Position numbers and translations under genes: made by a program. Below are positions 1-9,370 of a DNA stretch of 32,000 bases, piece after piece; within the stretch, counting starts at the first letter, position 1, and each line of letters starts with the position of its first letter. The stretch is from Cylindrospermopsis raciborskii Cr2010 (GTDB taxonomy: Bacteria > Cyanobacteriota > Cyanobacteriia > Cyanobacteriales > Nostocaceae), in the NCBI RefSeq assembly GCF_003367075.2, contig NZ_CP065936.1, positions 3,600,001-3,632,000 of the forward strand, written 5' to 3'. The notes beneath the pieces were generated by a model. It was not told the origin of the DNA. It made no database searches and was given only the letters and a program-made list of their open reading frames with translations.

Positions 1-1
1 A

Positions 2-2626
2 CGGGAAGATGGATATTTACATACATTACTTAAAAGTTTTCAGCGGGAATTATTACCTTCTCTTAAACTTAGTGCAGATAATGAAAAAGATTACAGTTTT
101 GCTGATATTTATGCCCAAACTATTGCTTATGCTTTGTTTACAGCTCGGGTATTCGGTTATGTGAGAGATAAAAGAGCAGGAAGGACACAAGAAACCTTAT
201 TTGATAGAGAATCAGCTTGGCAACAATTACCCGAAACTAATCCGTTTCTACGTAAGCTGTTTCAGGATGTTTCTGAACGCAGTGCTGAGAAATTGGGTGA
301 TGATTTGATAGGGGCGATCGCGGATATTTTTGTCATCCTTCGTACTACTAAGATGGATGCGATTTTATCGGATTTTGAGATGAAAATGAACCGGGAGGAT
401 ATTGTAATTCGGTTCTATGAAGATTTCTTAGCAGCATATAAACCCCAAATGCGGGAACGACGGGGGGTTTATTACACACCTGAACCTGTGGTTTCTTACA
501 TGGTGCGTTCTGTGGATATTTTGGTGCGGGAAAAGTTTAATAAACCCTTGGGTTTGGCAGATCCAACAGTGACGATTCTTGACCCTGCTTGTGGTACTGG
601 TACATTTTTATTGTATATTTTTCAACTTATCTATCAACGCTTTCAAGAGTCCCCAGCAACACTTACAGAAGGCTTAGCTGATAGGTCTTGGTCTGGGTAT
701 GTTGAGGAGCGGTTGCTACCTAGAATATTTGGTTTTGAGCTGTTAATGTCCCCCTATGCGATCGCCCATCTGAAAATAGGTTTGTTTTTGCAAGAAACCG
801 GGTATAGGTTTGATGGTGCTAAGCGATTGGGAGTTTATTTAATTAATACTTTGGAGGATATTACGTTAAGGGAAGAAACCCAGCAGTTAAGTTTAAATAT
901 TCCCCAAATGGAGGAATTAATAGCTGAGGAAGCGAAAGCAGGGGCTAGGGTTAAGAAGGAGGAACCGATTATGGTGGTAATTGGTAATCCTCCCTATTCG
1001 GGACATTCAGAAAATAATAACCCTTGGATTAAGGAGTTAGTTAATGATTATTATTTTGTAGATGGCAAACCATTGGGTGAGAAAAATCCTAAATGGTTAC
1101 AAGATGATTATGTTAAATTTATCCGTTTTGCTCAGTGGCGAATTGATAAATCAGGTCAGGGAGTTTTAGCTTTTATTAGTAATCATGGATTTTTAGATAA
1201 TCCCACCTTTCGGGGAATGCGTCAGCATTTGATTGATAGTTTTAATGGCATTTATATTTATGATTTACATGGCAATAGTAAGAAGAAGGAAACTGATATG
1301 GATGGAGGGAAAGATGAAAATGTCTTTGATATTCAGCAAGGTGTAAGTATTACTTTAGCTCTTAAAGTAGAGAATGAATGTATTAATAATCATGCTCATT
1401 TATATGGATTGAGAGATTACAAATATAATACTTTGACTGAAAATACAGTTAATACTACTAGGTTTTCTGAGGTTAAACCAAAGTCTGAGTTCTATTTATT
1501 AATTCCTCAAGATACGGATTTATTTACAGAATATGAGCATTATTTTAAAATAACTGATGTTATGCCTGTGAATTCTGTAGGTATTGTGACAGCTAGGGAT
1601 AAATTAACTATTCAAGACAGTCCTGAAGAGGTTTGGAATATTGTTACTGATTTTGTAAATTTAGGTATTGAAGAAGCAAGAGAGAAGTATAGTTTAGGTG
1701 AAGATACTAGGGATTGGAAAGTTAATCTAGCCCAAGAAGATATTAGAAACAGTAATCTTGATAAAGATAATATATCACCGATTTTATACAGACCATTTGA
1801 CCAGAAGTTCACTTATTACACTGGGAAGAGTAGAGGTTTTATTTGTATGCCTCGTCCCGAAGTTATGTCTCACTTAATTAAGTTTATTAATCTTTGTTTA
1901 GTTGTTAGTAGGCAACAATCACAACAAGGTAACTGGCAACTAGTGGGAGTAACCAATGTTCTAACGGAATCTTGTTCAATTTCTAATAAAACTAAAGAAA
2001 TTGGGTATGTTTGTCCCCTTTACCTCTACCCAGATAAAAACAACCCCAAAGAACTCCAACAAGAAAAACGCGCCAACTTTTCAGAAGACTTTCTAAAAAA
2101 AATAGAAATAAACCTGGGTTATCTCCCCACACCAGAAACCATATTCTACTACATATACGCCATCTTCCACTCCCCCACCTACCGCACCCGCTACGCTGAA
2201 TTTTTAAAAATAGATTTTCCCCGAGTTCCCATCACCAGTGACAAAAACCTCTTCTCTCAACTGGCAAAATATGGGGAAGAACTAGTAGCACTACACCTGA
2301 TGAAATCCCCCAAATTAAATAACCTCATCACCCAATTCACCGAAAATGGAGGTTATGGAATAGTGGATCCCGGTCACCCTAAATATACCCAAAGCACAGT
2401 AGTCATCAACAAAAAAGGTGACAAATTTGTGGGAGTACCAGAACCAGTCTGGAACTTTTATGTTGGAGGTTATCAAGTTTGCCAAAAATGGCTTAAAGAC
2501 CGTAAGGGACGCACCCTAAATGATAATGATATTCAACATTATCAGCGCATAATTGTAGCACTACAGGAAACTATTAAACTCATGCAATCAATTGACGAAA
2601 CCATACTAAACTGGCCCATTCAGTAA
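2..2626 (+). CDS. N6-adenine DNA methyltransferase, type ISP/IIG-like (MTase plus C-terminal specificity-type domain); 5' end outside window
   Basis: The frame is open from base 2. The ORF-track start at 134 is an internal TTG, so the true start is upstream of the window. Motifs seen: FADIYAQTIAYALFTAR (helical N-domain as in MmeI/PglX/type ISP-family enzymes), GVYYTPEPVV, motif I LDPACGTGTF, and motif IV VIGNPPYSG (gamma-class N6A MTase). These are followed by YRPFD, FHSPTYRTRYAEFLKIDFPRVP and GGYQVCQKWLKDRKGR blocks that I recognise from type ISP C-terminal domains. Family call is from memory, not searched. Confidence 0.85.
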   Translation, partial: REDGYLHTLLKSFQRELLPSLKLSADNEKDYSFADIYAQTIAYALFTARVFGYVRDKRAGRTQETLFDRESAWQQLPETNPFLRKLFQDVSERSAEKLGDDLIGAIADIFVILRTTKMDAILSDFEMKMNREDIVIRFYEDFLAAYKPQMRERRGVYYTPEPVVSYMVRSVDILVREKFNKPLGLADPTVTILDPACGTGTFLLYIFQLIYQRFQESPATLTEGLADRSWSGYVEERLLPRIFGFELLMSPYAIAHLKIGLFLQETGYRFDGAKRLGVYLINTLEDITLREETQQLSLNIPQMEELIAEEAKAGARVKKEEPIMVVIGNPPYSGHSENNNPWIKELVNDYYFVDGKPLGEKNPKWLQDDYVKFIRFAQWRIDKSGQGVLAFISNHGFLDNPTFRGMRQHLIDSFNGIYIYDLHGNSKKKETDMDGGKDENVFDIQQGVSITLALKVENECINNHAHLYGLRDYKYNTLTENTVNTTRFSEVKPKSEFYLLIPQDTDLFTEYEHYFKITDVMPVNSVGIVTARDKLTIQDSPEEVWNIVTDFVNLGIEEAREKYSLGEDTRDWKVNLAQEDIRNSNLDKDNISPILYRPFDQKFTYYTGKSRGFICMPRPEVMSHLIKFINLCLVVSRQQSQQGNWQLVGVTNVLTESCSISNKTKEIGYVCPLYLYPDKNNPKELQQEKRANFSEDFLKKIEINLGYLPTPETIFYYIYAIFHSPTYRTRYAEFLKIDFPRVPITSDKNLFSQLAKYGEELVALHLMKSPKLNNLITQFTENGGYGIVDPGHPKYTQSTVVINKKGDKFVGVPEPVWNFYVGGYQVCQKWLKDRKGRTLNDNDIQHYQRIIVALQETIKLMQSIDETILNWPIQ

Positions 2627-2663
2627 ATATTGCATTAGTTATTTTTCATCTGCTACAATCAAA
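2593..2663 (+). repeat. 71-bp direct repeat, copy 1 (3' end of methyltransferase plus 37 bp downstream)
   Basis: The sequence tgacgaaaccatactaaactggcccattcagtaaatattgcattagttatttttcatctgctacaatcaaa is identical at 3035-3105. Confidence 0.95.
2651..2659 (+). promoter_or_regulatory. duplicated copy of the extended -10 box, upstream of the small chimeric ORF
   Basis: Same TGcTACAAT, inside direct-repeat copy 1 and 89 bp before the ATG at 2748. Confidence 0.25.
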
Positions 2664-2747
2664 GTAATATAATAGACATCTCCGAAGCGATCGCTCTTCT
2701 GTTTAGTCTAAGTAGGTGGGTGGAATTAAATAAGAGATTTTATAATT

Positions 2748-3068
2748 ATGCAAATCACAATCAATATACCAGATAACTTAACAGATAAATTCCGGGATAA
2801 ATTAGGTCACTTATCCGAAAAGGTCATGAATAAATTAGCTTTAGAAGCTTTTTTAGAAGGATTGATTAATTTTAATGAATTTAGACAGATGTTAAGTTTT
2901 CAGGATGAAAATGCTTTCAAGGCTTTTTTATCAGCAAATTTCCCCCTACATTCTGGGGGGTTATTAAATTTAGCGGGGAGTTGTGCGGATATAGATTTTA
3001 CCATTGATGAAGAAGGGATTTATGATCATAAGAATGACGAAACCATACTAAACTGGCCCATTCAGTAA
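2748..3068 (+). CDS. small UPF0175/antitoxin-like protein with chimeric 3' end (orphan, no adjacent toxin)
   Basis: 106-aa ORF. The N-terminus MQITINIPDNL...LALEAFLEGLINFNEFRQMLSF resembles small cyanobacterial UPF0175/antitoxin-like proteins (memory-based). The last 10 aa, DETILNWPIQ plus stop, match the methyltransferase C-terminus. This is because they lie in the second copy of a 71-bp direct repeat. Confidence 0.5.
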   Translation: MQITINIPDNLTDKFRDKLGHLSEKVMNKLALEAFLEGLINFNEFRQMLSFQDENAFKAFLSANFPLHSGGLLNLAGSCADIDFTIDEEGIYDHKNDETILNWPIQ

Positions 3069-3105
3069 ATATTGCATTAGTTATTTTTCATCTGCTACAA
3101 TCAAA
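3035..3105 (+). repeat. 71-bp direct repeat, copy 2
   Basis: Identical to 2593-2663, offset by 442 bp. It supplies the last codons and stop of the 106-aa ORF. Confidence 0.95.
3093..3101 (+). promoter_or_regulatory. candidate extended -10 box TGcTACAAT upstream of the PLD-SNF2 gene
   Basis: TGnTAnAAT-type extended -10, located 57 bp before the ATG at 3158. It lies within the 12-mer atctgctacaat, which also occurs at 2648-2659 and 15285-15296. Confidence 0.3.
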
Positions 3106-3157
3106 CTAATTATTTCCCCAAACCGCACCTGTGATTTTTAGATATTTTTAACCTCAA

Positions 3158-6100
3158 ATGCTGGACACCTTTATCCAAGAACTGATCCGAAAACAGCGTC
3201 CTTACTACATCATCCAAGGTACACCCATAAAAGGGCTTGAGAATCAGTATTGGTTGGTTTTCAAACATCGTGATGCAGATAACCTGCTGCATAAAGTTGT
3301 TAAATTCTTAGGTGCTAGTAAAAAACAAACAACTTATAAACTATTAAGAATAGACCAAAAAGCTGCTAAGGTCTTTACATATACCCCCATCAAGCAAAAT
3401 GACTTACCCAGCACCAGCTTACTGAGAACATCCAAGCTCGATATTATTGAAAAATTCTTGGATGTGGAAAATGTCACTAAAGAAAAAGCCTTATTAACTG
3501 GTAGTTTCCGAGAAATCTCTGGTCGTCAGCGGCGCTTCAATCTGCCCAATGATTTGGATAAGTACCATCAATTCTTTAGTAAAGTATTAGAACGCAGTCA
3601 AATTTATCGTCGTTCCACAGCTTACTTTGATAGTGGTATTCTGAAATTATATGAGGAACCATTGGCTGCTATTATTCAAGCAGAAGGAAGAATTCGCTTG
3701 TTAGTGGACTGGCAAGGATTTACTAAAAAGTCCGATGTTCAAGAACTGGAAAAACTTCATGACTCTAATTATCGCACTCAGTTTATTCAACGCACCTTAC
3801 AAGAGTTTCTACGAAATTTAAAAGATAGAGAATTAGATCACACAGAAATATTAGCTGAGTTAGTCAGACTAGGATTTATGGTGATTAAACTAGTCAAAAT
3901 GGAATCAGAAAGGGCCATTTATCATAAAAAAACAGGTATTCTCAGCGACTCCCTGGGATATCATATTCAACATGATGGTTCGGACAACTTCACCCGCGCT
4001 GCTTATTCTCGAAATGCTGAAAGTATCACTTTTTTATATTCCTGGGATGAACTGGATACAGAAACCATATTAGAGAACATTCGTCAATTTGATAGGGAAT
4101 GGGAACGGGAAGATATAGCATTTGATATCAGTTTAGAATTCCTCCAAGAAGTATTAGCAGAAAAGGAACGTCGCAGTCAATTAAAAACACCAGTTATTGA
4201 TTCTATCACCCCTGACACCGTTCCCTCGGGAAAAACTACCAACGTTGAAATTACCGGTCAAAACCTAGATCGCGTAGAAGAAATCCAAATTGTTGATAAT
4301 GACCTGGTACAAGTTACCATTAATAGTAAAGAACCAGAGCGTATTTTCGGTCAAATTACTATAAACACAAACCATCCACCAACAGTTTTAAAAGAGTTTA
4401 AGGTAAGAACTACTGAACAAAGTTATGAAATAGCACCGAAAAAACCTCCGGTGGTCACTAATTCCCCAGAAATTCCTGAGTTTGCAGAAATTGAGGGATT
4501 TAAACGAGCAGTAGAAATGATTTTAGCGGGTAATCATGGCACACCTAGTGACTTTCTTTATTGGTTAGCACGGCAAAAACCCCAACAGTTTCAAGTAGAA
4601 CGCAGTGATTTATTAGATGAACTGTTAAATAATAGCACCCTCTTTGAACACCAAAAGTCAGGGGCCCAACATTGTTTAAGAGTGATGAAAAATTTTGGTG
4701 TAGCTGTGTGTGCAGATGCAGTAGGCTTAGGGAAAACCCGTTTAGCTGCTACTGTAGCCAGACTATATCGTCAACAAAATGCACAAGCTAAAATTGCTAT
4801 TATAGCTGCTAAAAAACTTCATCCCAACTGGGAACGGGAACTGGGAGAATTAGGATTATTTCAATCCCGTGATTACGAACCCTATAACAAAAACCTCATG
4901 AGTCGTAAAGGTGGTTTTATAGAAAACTTTGGTCGTTTTGGGGGACCAGACTTAGTAATTATTGATGAGGCCCACGAAGGTATTCGCAATTATAGAAACC
5001 GTATTCACAAAACTTGTTTAGAGATACAAGAACAAGATAGAAAAACTGGCAAGCAACGTCATTTTCTGCTTTTGACCGCCACTCCCTGGAATAATCGCCG
5101 AGAAGATATTTATAATATCCTTTCACCCTTTATTAGTCGTCCAGAAGGTTTTAATGATTTAAAATTCCCCCCAGAAGTAACCCACTGGTTTCAAAATCGC
5201 GAAAGTGGTGTAGAAAATTTTACGGACAATACGGAACTATTTCGCCGCACCTATCGGGAACTGTTTCTTCAACGGACTAGACAAATGCTACGAGAAGCTA
5301 CTCCGGATTTAAACTTGTATGCCAAACGGGTGGCGGAATGGTTACCAGTAAAATTTGAAGATGGTACTGAATTAGCGCTAAATCAAATTTTCACCCAGTT
5401 TGAAACTAGTTTATATATTCCTTTTGCTGACCCTATTCGTTATTTAACCAGTAATGTGGAACAACGTAGTTTGTTATCCAATCAGCGCCGCTTTTTCTTA
5501 CAAAGAGCTGAATCTAGTATGTATGCCTTGGGTAGAACTATTGGGAGTTTTGGTTACCGAATTGAACAAATGCAGAAACGTTTAGAATCAGTTTCTTCTG
5601 ATGCGGAGGGACTAAAGGAGTTTTTACTAGTCCACTATAATTTCAACTCCGATAGAAAAGATAACTCAGAAAAGTTCTTAGATCATTATTTAGATCATTA
5701 TGAAGATGAGGATTATGAAGAAGAGGAGGAAGAAGAGGAAAATGAAGCAAATCAAGAACAAAACCGTCAACAATTAAGACGTTCTATAGATACTCTCACA
5801 GGTAATCTACAGAATGATCCTGACAATGCCCAAAAAATTTATAATCGCATGCTAGATGATTGTGAAAAAGACCTACAACAATTGGATGAAATTCACGCCT
5901 TATTAAAGAATGAGTTTTTGGTTGATCACAAAAAACAACAAGTTACCCAAAAAGTTCGTGAGTTAGTGAAACTTGGTCATAAGGTACTACTAATTTCTAC
6001 CTTTAGCGATACTGTGATTGATTATTATCATTATATGACCCGCGACAGTGCGATCGCAGCTAAGGGTATTGGGATGTTAATTGGTTCCACAAAATTATAT

Positions 6101-7417
6101 TATCCGGACAATTCAGATAAACCACAAAGAGTAAGTCCTGCTTATGTAGTACAACCTAAACAAGGTCGAGTTGTTTCCAATCGCCAAAGTATCTTTAGAT
6201 TGTTTGCTCCACATGCTACCTGTAAAAGTCCTGAAGAGCTTCCCAAACCAGAAGAAGAAATTAGAGTATTAATTGGTTCAGAAACCTTATCGGTGGGTCA
6301 AAATTTGCAAGATGCGGATTATTTGATTAATATTGATTTGCCTTGGAATCCCATGATTTTAGAGCAAAGAATTGGCAGGATTGATAGACCGAAACAACAT
6401 AAGACGGAACATATTTATATTTATTATGCCAACAGCGAAAGTCAGCTACTGAGACAAGCATCTCGATTAACAAATTTACATAAAAAACTAGTAGGTGAAT
6501 TAGCTCAACTAGATGGGAAGATCACAAATATTGAAGACCATCCTCCTATTCCTACTATTTCCAGTGTTAATAAATTAGGATCTTCTATTTATGGTGATAC
6601 ATTATTTGATGATGAAATTTTACCAGGATATGTGGATTTCATCCAAAGTCTAATTAAAGCTAGAAAAATGGAACAAGGTAATTTACAGGAGGATGCTTAT
6701 AAAAAACAAGAAACCAATCGAGATGTTTATACCCAAAATGAAATATTACACAGTGAAGAGCTGAGTGAACTTTTAAAAAAAATGGGCGATGATTACCAAC
6801 CAAATCCCATTGCTCTAGGTCGAATCAATGAACCAAACCAACCAACCGGATTAGTAGCACTAATAGTGCGATATTTCGGACCCAATGGTGAACCTATAAA
6901 AAATAAACAAGAAACCCTATTTTGGAACAATATCACAAGAGAAAAAGATGGTTATGGTTTGGCGATCGCCACTGCTATCAAAACCCCAGCAGCTAACAAT
7001 GTGTTTTCTTCAAAATATTTAATATCATTAGCTGAATCAATTTATGACGAACTGGTGAAACTCAAGGAACAACGCAGTGCAGAACTAGAGGAACCAGAAA
7101 CCCTAGAAAATATTAATATTACTTCGGAACGGATTACCAAAATACAACGTCGTTTAAATAAGCTAGATAGGTTCCCAGGTAATTTAGACCGTGTTATGGT
7201 GAAAAGTACGCTGAAAAAACTGAATAGTTGGAAAGAGGGAAAATCTGTACAAAAACTTTTGAAGGAATATACAGATGGGGATAAATCAAATTTGGATGAT
7301 GAGAAATTTATTATTCAGTTGGTGGAAGATACGGATAGGTTAAACCTAATTTTGGATGAAGGAATTAAACCTACCAGTATGCAAATTTCCTTAACAGCAT
7401 TTTTATTAAGAGGTTGA
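3158..7417 (+). CDS. PLD-like nuclease / IPT-TIG-like / SNF2-family (SF2) helicase fusion protein
   Basis: 1419-aa ORF. N-terminal PLD/Nuc-like region: AYFDSGIL and a single HKD-like motif IYHKKTGILSD...GSDNFTRAAYSRNAES. IPT/TIG-like segment: ITPDTVPSGKTTNVEITGQNLDRVEEIQIV. SNF2/SF2 motifs: LFEHQKSG, ADAVGLGKT (I), LVIIDEAHEG (II, DEAH), LLLTATPWNN (III), and SVGQNLQDADYLINIDLPWNPMILEQRIGRIDRPKQ (V-VI). Acidic tract: YEDEDYEEEEEEEENE. Confidence 0.85.
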   Translation: MLDTFIQELIRKQRPYYIIQGTPIKGLENQYWLVFKHRDADNLLHKVVKFLGASKKQTTYKLLRIDQKAAKVFTYTPIKQNDLPSTSLLRTSKLDIIEKFLDVENVTKEKALLTGSFREISGRQRRFNLPNDLDKYHQFFSKVLERSQIYRRSTAYFDSGILKLYEEPLAAIIQAEGRIRLLVDWQGFTKKSDVQELEKLHDSNYRTQFIQRTLQEFLRNLKDRELDHTEILAELVRLGFMVIKLVKMESERAIYHKKTGILSDSLGYHIQHDGSDNFTRAAYSRNAESITFLYSWDELDTETILENIRQFDREWEREDIAFDISLEFLQEVLAEKERRSQLKTPVIDSITPDTVPSGKTTNVEITGQNLDRVEEIQIVDNDLVQVTINSKEPERIFGQITINTNHPPTVLKEFKVRTTEQSYEIAPKKPPVVTNSPEIPEFAEIEGFKRAVEMILAGNHGTPSDFLYWLARQKPQQFQVERSDLLDELLNNSTLFEHQKSGAQHCLRVMKNFGVAVCADAVGLGKTRLAATVARLYRQQNAQAKIAIIAAKKLHPNWERELGELGLFQSRDYEPYNKNLMSRKGGFIENFGRFGGPDLVIIDEAHEGIRNYRNRIHKTCLEIQEQDRKTGKQRHFLLLTATPWNNRREDIYNILSPFISRPEGFNDLKFPPEVTHWFQNRESGVENFTDNTELFRRTYRELFLQRTRQMLREATPDLNLYAKRVAEWLPVKFEDGTELALNQIFTQFETSLYIPFADPIRYLTSNVEQRSLLSNQRRFFLQRAESSMYALGRTIGSFGYRIEQMQKRLESVSSDAEGLKEFLLVHYNFNSDRKDNSEKFLDHYLDHYEDEDYEEEEEEEENEANQEQNRQQLRRSIDTLTGNLQNDPDNAQKIYNRMLDDCEKDLQQLDEIHALLKNEFLVDHKKQQVTQKVRELVKLGHKVLLISTFSDTVIDYYHYMTRDSAIAAKGIGMLIGSTKLYYPDNSDKPQRVSPAYVVQPKQGRVVSNRQSIFRLFAPHATCKSPEELPKPEEEIRVLIGSETLSVGQNLQDADYLINIDLPWNPMILEQRIGRIDRPKQHKTEHIYIYYANSESQLLRQASRLTNLHKKLVGELAQLDGKITNIEDHPPIPTISSVNKLGSSIYGDTLFDDEILPGYVDFIQSLIKARKMEQGNLQEDAYKKQETNRDVYTQNEILHSEELSELLKKMGDDYQPNPIALGRINEPNQPTGLVALIVRYFGPNGEPIKNKQETLFWNNITREKDGYGLAIATAIKTPAANNVFSSKYLISLAESIYDELVKLKEQRSAELEEPETLENINITSERITKIQRRLNKLDRFPGNLDRVMVKSTLKKLNSWKEGKSVQKLLKEYTDGDKSNLDDEKFIIQLVEDTDRLNLILDEGIKPTSMQISLTAFLLRG

Positions 7418-7544
7418 ATGCAACCAGTAATTACCGCTTATAAAAATAGATGCACATCTAATTAATTATCTTTAAATTAGGGTTTAACTTTCTACTTTGG
7501 GCTGAGAATTTCACTTCATCAACAAATTAGGGTGTGATTATGAG

Positions 7545-8261
7545 CTATGGTAACACTATATCAGCATAACTATATATCTCAATGCCTAGGGATTTCGCTA
7601 CCGGTATAGCTCGCTCATCCACCATGGGGGAAATCACAATTTTACGGTCAACCACTCTATTTTGACTTTTAGCGTAGAATTCCGCCTTGCGACCAAAAAC
7701 GTACATACCAGCTTTGTCAATAGAAGATTTAAGTTCACAGACAATAGTCAGTCCATTTTTGATAATTATATCCAATTCCACCTGCTCTGGGCGTCCAAAT
7801 ACTTCCCCCTCCTGGTCATAAAGGGTGAGATTGAGCACCTCCACTCCAAAGGACTGACCTAAAATAGCTTTCAGTCCATTACGGAAACTAGCTTCAGAAT
7901 AGAGACCCCAGCGGGAACCAATAGCACCAATGGCGCTTTCATAACGACGGTTAGCCTTCTGGATCTCCTCCAGGGTAGCACTGTTCTGGGCTTCGATTCT
8001 GTCAAGACGTTGAGTATTTTCCTCCCATTTGCGATTTTGCTCATCCCACTTACGAGCTTGCTCCTCCCTATCTCGCTGTAACTCATTCAAAACTCGGTCA
8101 AATTTTTCGTCGAACTCAGTCCGGGGGGTGTAATATTCTGACACCGTGCGCAAGACGAAATCCCGTACCCCTGGTTCTTCGGCGAGCTCCCGTAGGGAGT
8201 GCTTCGCAATCGCCCGGGGCAATTCTTTTTGGATTAATGCTTTAATTTCAGCCTCTATCAT
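7545..8261 (-). CDS. coiled-coil + PD-(D/E)XK-like nuclease-fold protein (DUF3782-like), array copy A (divergent edge copy)
   Basis: 238 aa, starting at the ATG (MIEAEIK) conserved in all copies. Module string: a (8028-8048). It has an extra KHSLRELA (24 bp), a C-terminus IEIYSYADIVLP, and several substitutions relative to B-G. The core SEASFRN / VELDIII / IVCELKSS fits the E-D-ExK arrangement of the restriction-endonuclease fold. Confidence 0.75.
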   Translation of the reverse strand: MIEAEIKALIQKELPRAIAKHSLRELAEEPGVRDFVLRTVSEYYTPRTEFDEKFDRVLNELQRDREEQARKWDEQNRKWEENTQRLDRIEAQNSATLEEIQKANRRYESAIGAIGSRWGLYSEASFRNGLKAILGQSFGVEVLNLTLYDQEGEVFGRPEQVELDIIIKNGLTIVCELKSSIDKAGMYVFGRKAEFYAKSQNRVVDRKIVISPMVDERAIPVAKSLGIEIYSYADIVLP

Positions 8262-8387
8262 AGGTTTTGGTATAGATGTTGAAATGCTCCCCTCAAATGG
8301 TAGGGATTCTGGTAACTAGTTTTTAGCTACTTACCCATATTATAACCTCTAATTTTAGGATCTTTGTAAACTCTACTAAGTAAAGAT

Positions 8388-8486
8388 GCACAATTGCAGG
8401 ATGGGTTAGCGGTAGGGTAACCCATGGGGGTGTTGGGTTCATACTTCAACCCAACCTAGCTTCATTTTATATTTAATTCCACTCAC
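8388..8486 (-). repeat. spacer double-hairpin dispersed-repeat element (copy in spacer A/B)
   Basis: The element runs gcacaattgcaggATGGGTTAgcggtagggTAACCCATgggggtGTTGGGTTcatacttcAACCCAACctagcttcat...aattccactcac. It contains two 8-bp stems. Confidence 0.8.
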
Positions 8487-8524
8487 ACACTTAATTCCTT
8501 AACAGAGTAGAGTGTGATTATAAG

Positions 8525-9292
8525 CTATGATACCACCATGTCAGCGTAACTATATGTCTCAATACCTAGGGATTTCGCTACCGGTATAGCCCGTTCATCC
8601 ACCATGGGGGAAATCACAATTTTACGGTCAACCACTCTATTTTGATTTTTAGCGTAGAATTCCGCCTTGCGACCAAAAACGTACATACCAGCTTTGTCAA
8701 TGGAAGATTTAAGTTCACAGACAATAGTCAGTCCATTTTTGATAATTATATCCAATTCCACCTGCTCTGGGCGTCCAAATACTTCCCCCTCCTGGTCATA
8801 AAGGGTAAGATTGAGCACCTCCACCCCGAAGGACTGACCTAAAATAGCTTTCAGTCCATTACGGAAACTAGCTTCAGAATAGAGACCCCAGCGGGAACCA
8901 ATAGCACCAATGGCGCTTTCATAACGACGGTTAGCCTTCTGGATTTCCTCTAGAGTAGCACTATTCTGAGCTTCGATTCTGTCAAGACGTTGAGTATTTT
9001 CCTCCCATTTGCGATTTTGCTCATCCCATTTACGATTTTGCTCATCCCACTTCTGAGCTTGCTCAGCTTGAAAAGCATCGAATTTACGATTTTGCTCATC
9101 CCACTTACGAGCTTGCTCCTCCCTGTCTCGCTGTAACTCATTCAAAACTCGGTCAAATTTTTCGTCGAACTCAGTCCGGGGGGTGTAATATTCTGACACC
9201 GTGCGCAAGACGAAATCCCGTACCCCCGGTTCTTCGGCAATCGCCCTGGGCAATTCTTTTTGGATTAATGCTTTAATTTCAGCCTCTATCAT
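8525..9292 (-). CDS. coiled-coil + PD-(D/E)XK-like nuclease-fold protein, array copy B
   Basis: Start taken at the conserved ATG at 9292; the ORF track extends to a TTG at 9328. Module string abaa (9008-9103). Asn variant (AKNQNR). Confidence 0.75.
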   Translation of the reverse strand: MIEAEIKALIQKELPRAIAEEPGVRDFVLRTVSEYYTPRTEFDEKFDRVLNELQRDREEQARKWDEQNRKFDAFQAEQAQKWDEQNRKWDEQNRKWEENTQRLDRIEAQNSATLEEIQKANRRYESAIGAIGSRWGLYSEASFRNGLKAILGQSFGVEVLNLTLYDQEGEVFGRPEQVELDIIIKNGLTIVCELKSSIDKAGMYVFGRKAEFYAKNQNRVVDRKIVISPMVDERAIPVAKSLGIETYSYADMVVS

Positions 9293-9370
9293 AGGTTTTG
9301 GGTATAGATGTTGAAATGCTCCCCTCAAATGGTAGGGATTCTGGTAACTAGTTTTTAGCTACTTACCCAT

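Noticed and set aside
2593-3105. The 71-bp direct repeats as target-site duplications of an IS or transposon
   Set aside because: 71 bp is far too long for a TSD. There are no terminal inverted repeats and no transposase in the 371-bp insert.
1612-3292. Small antisense ORFs at 1612-1812 (-) and 3110-3292 (-)
   Set aside because: Both are embedded in or overlap much longer, motif-rich ORFs on the opposite strand, and they have no recognisable features.
9293-9328. N-terminal extensions (MRGAFQHLYPKP / MKTSYQNPYHLRGAFQHLYPKP) of the array ORFs given in the ORF track
   Set aside because: They depend on TTG/GTG starts. They are interrupted by a stop in B, C and G, and frameshifted in A. Only ATG-MIEAEIK is common to all copies.
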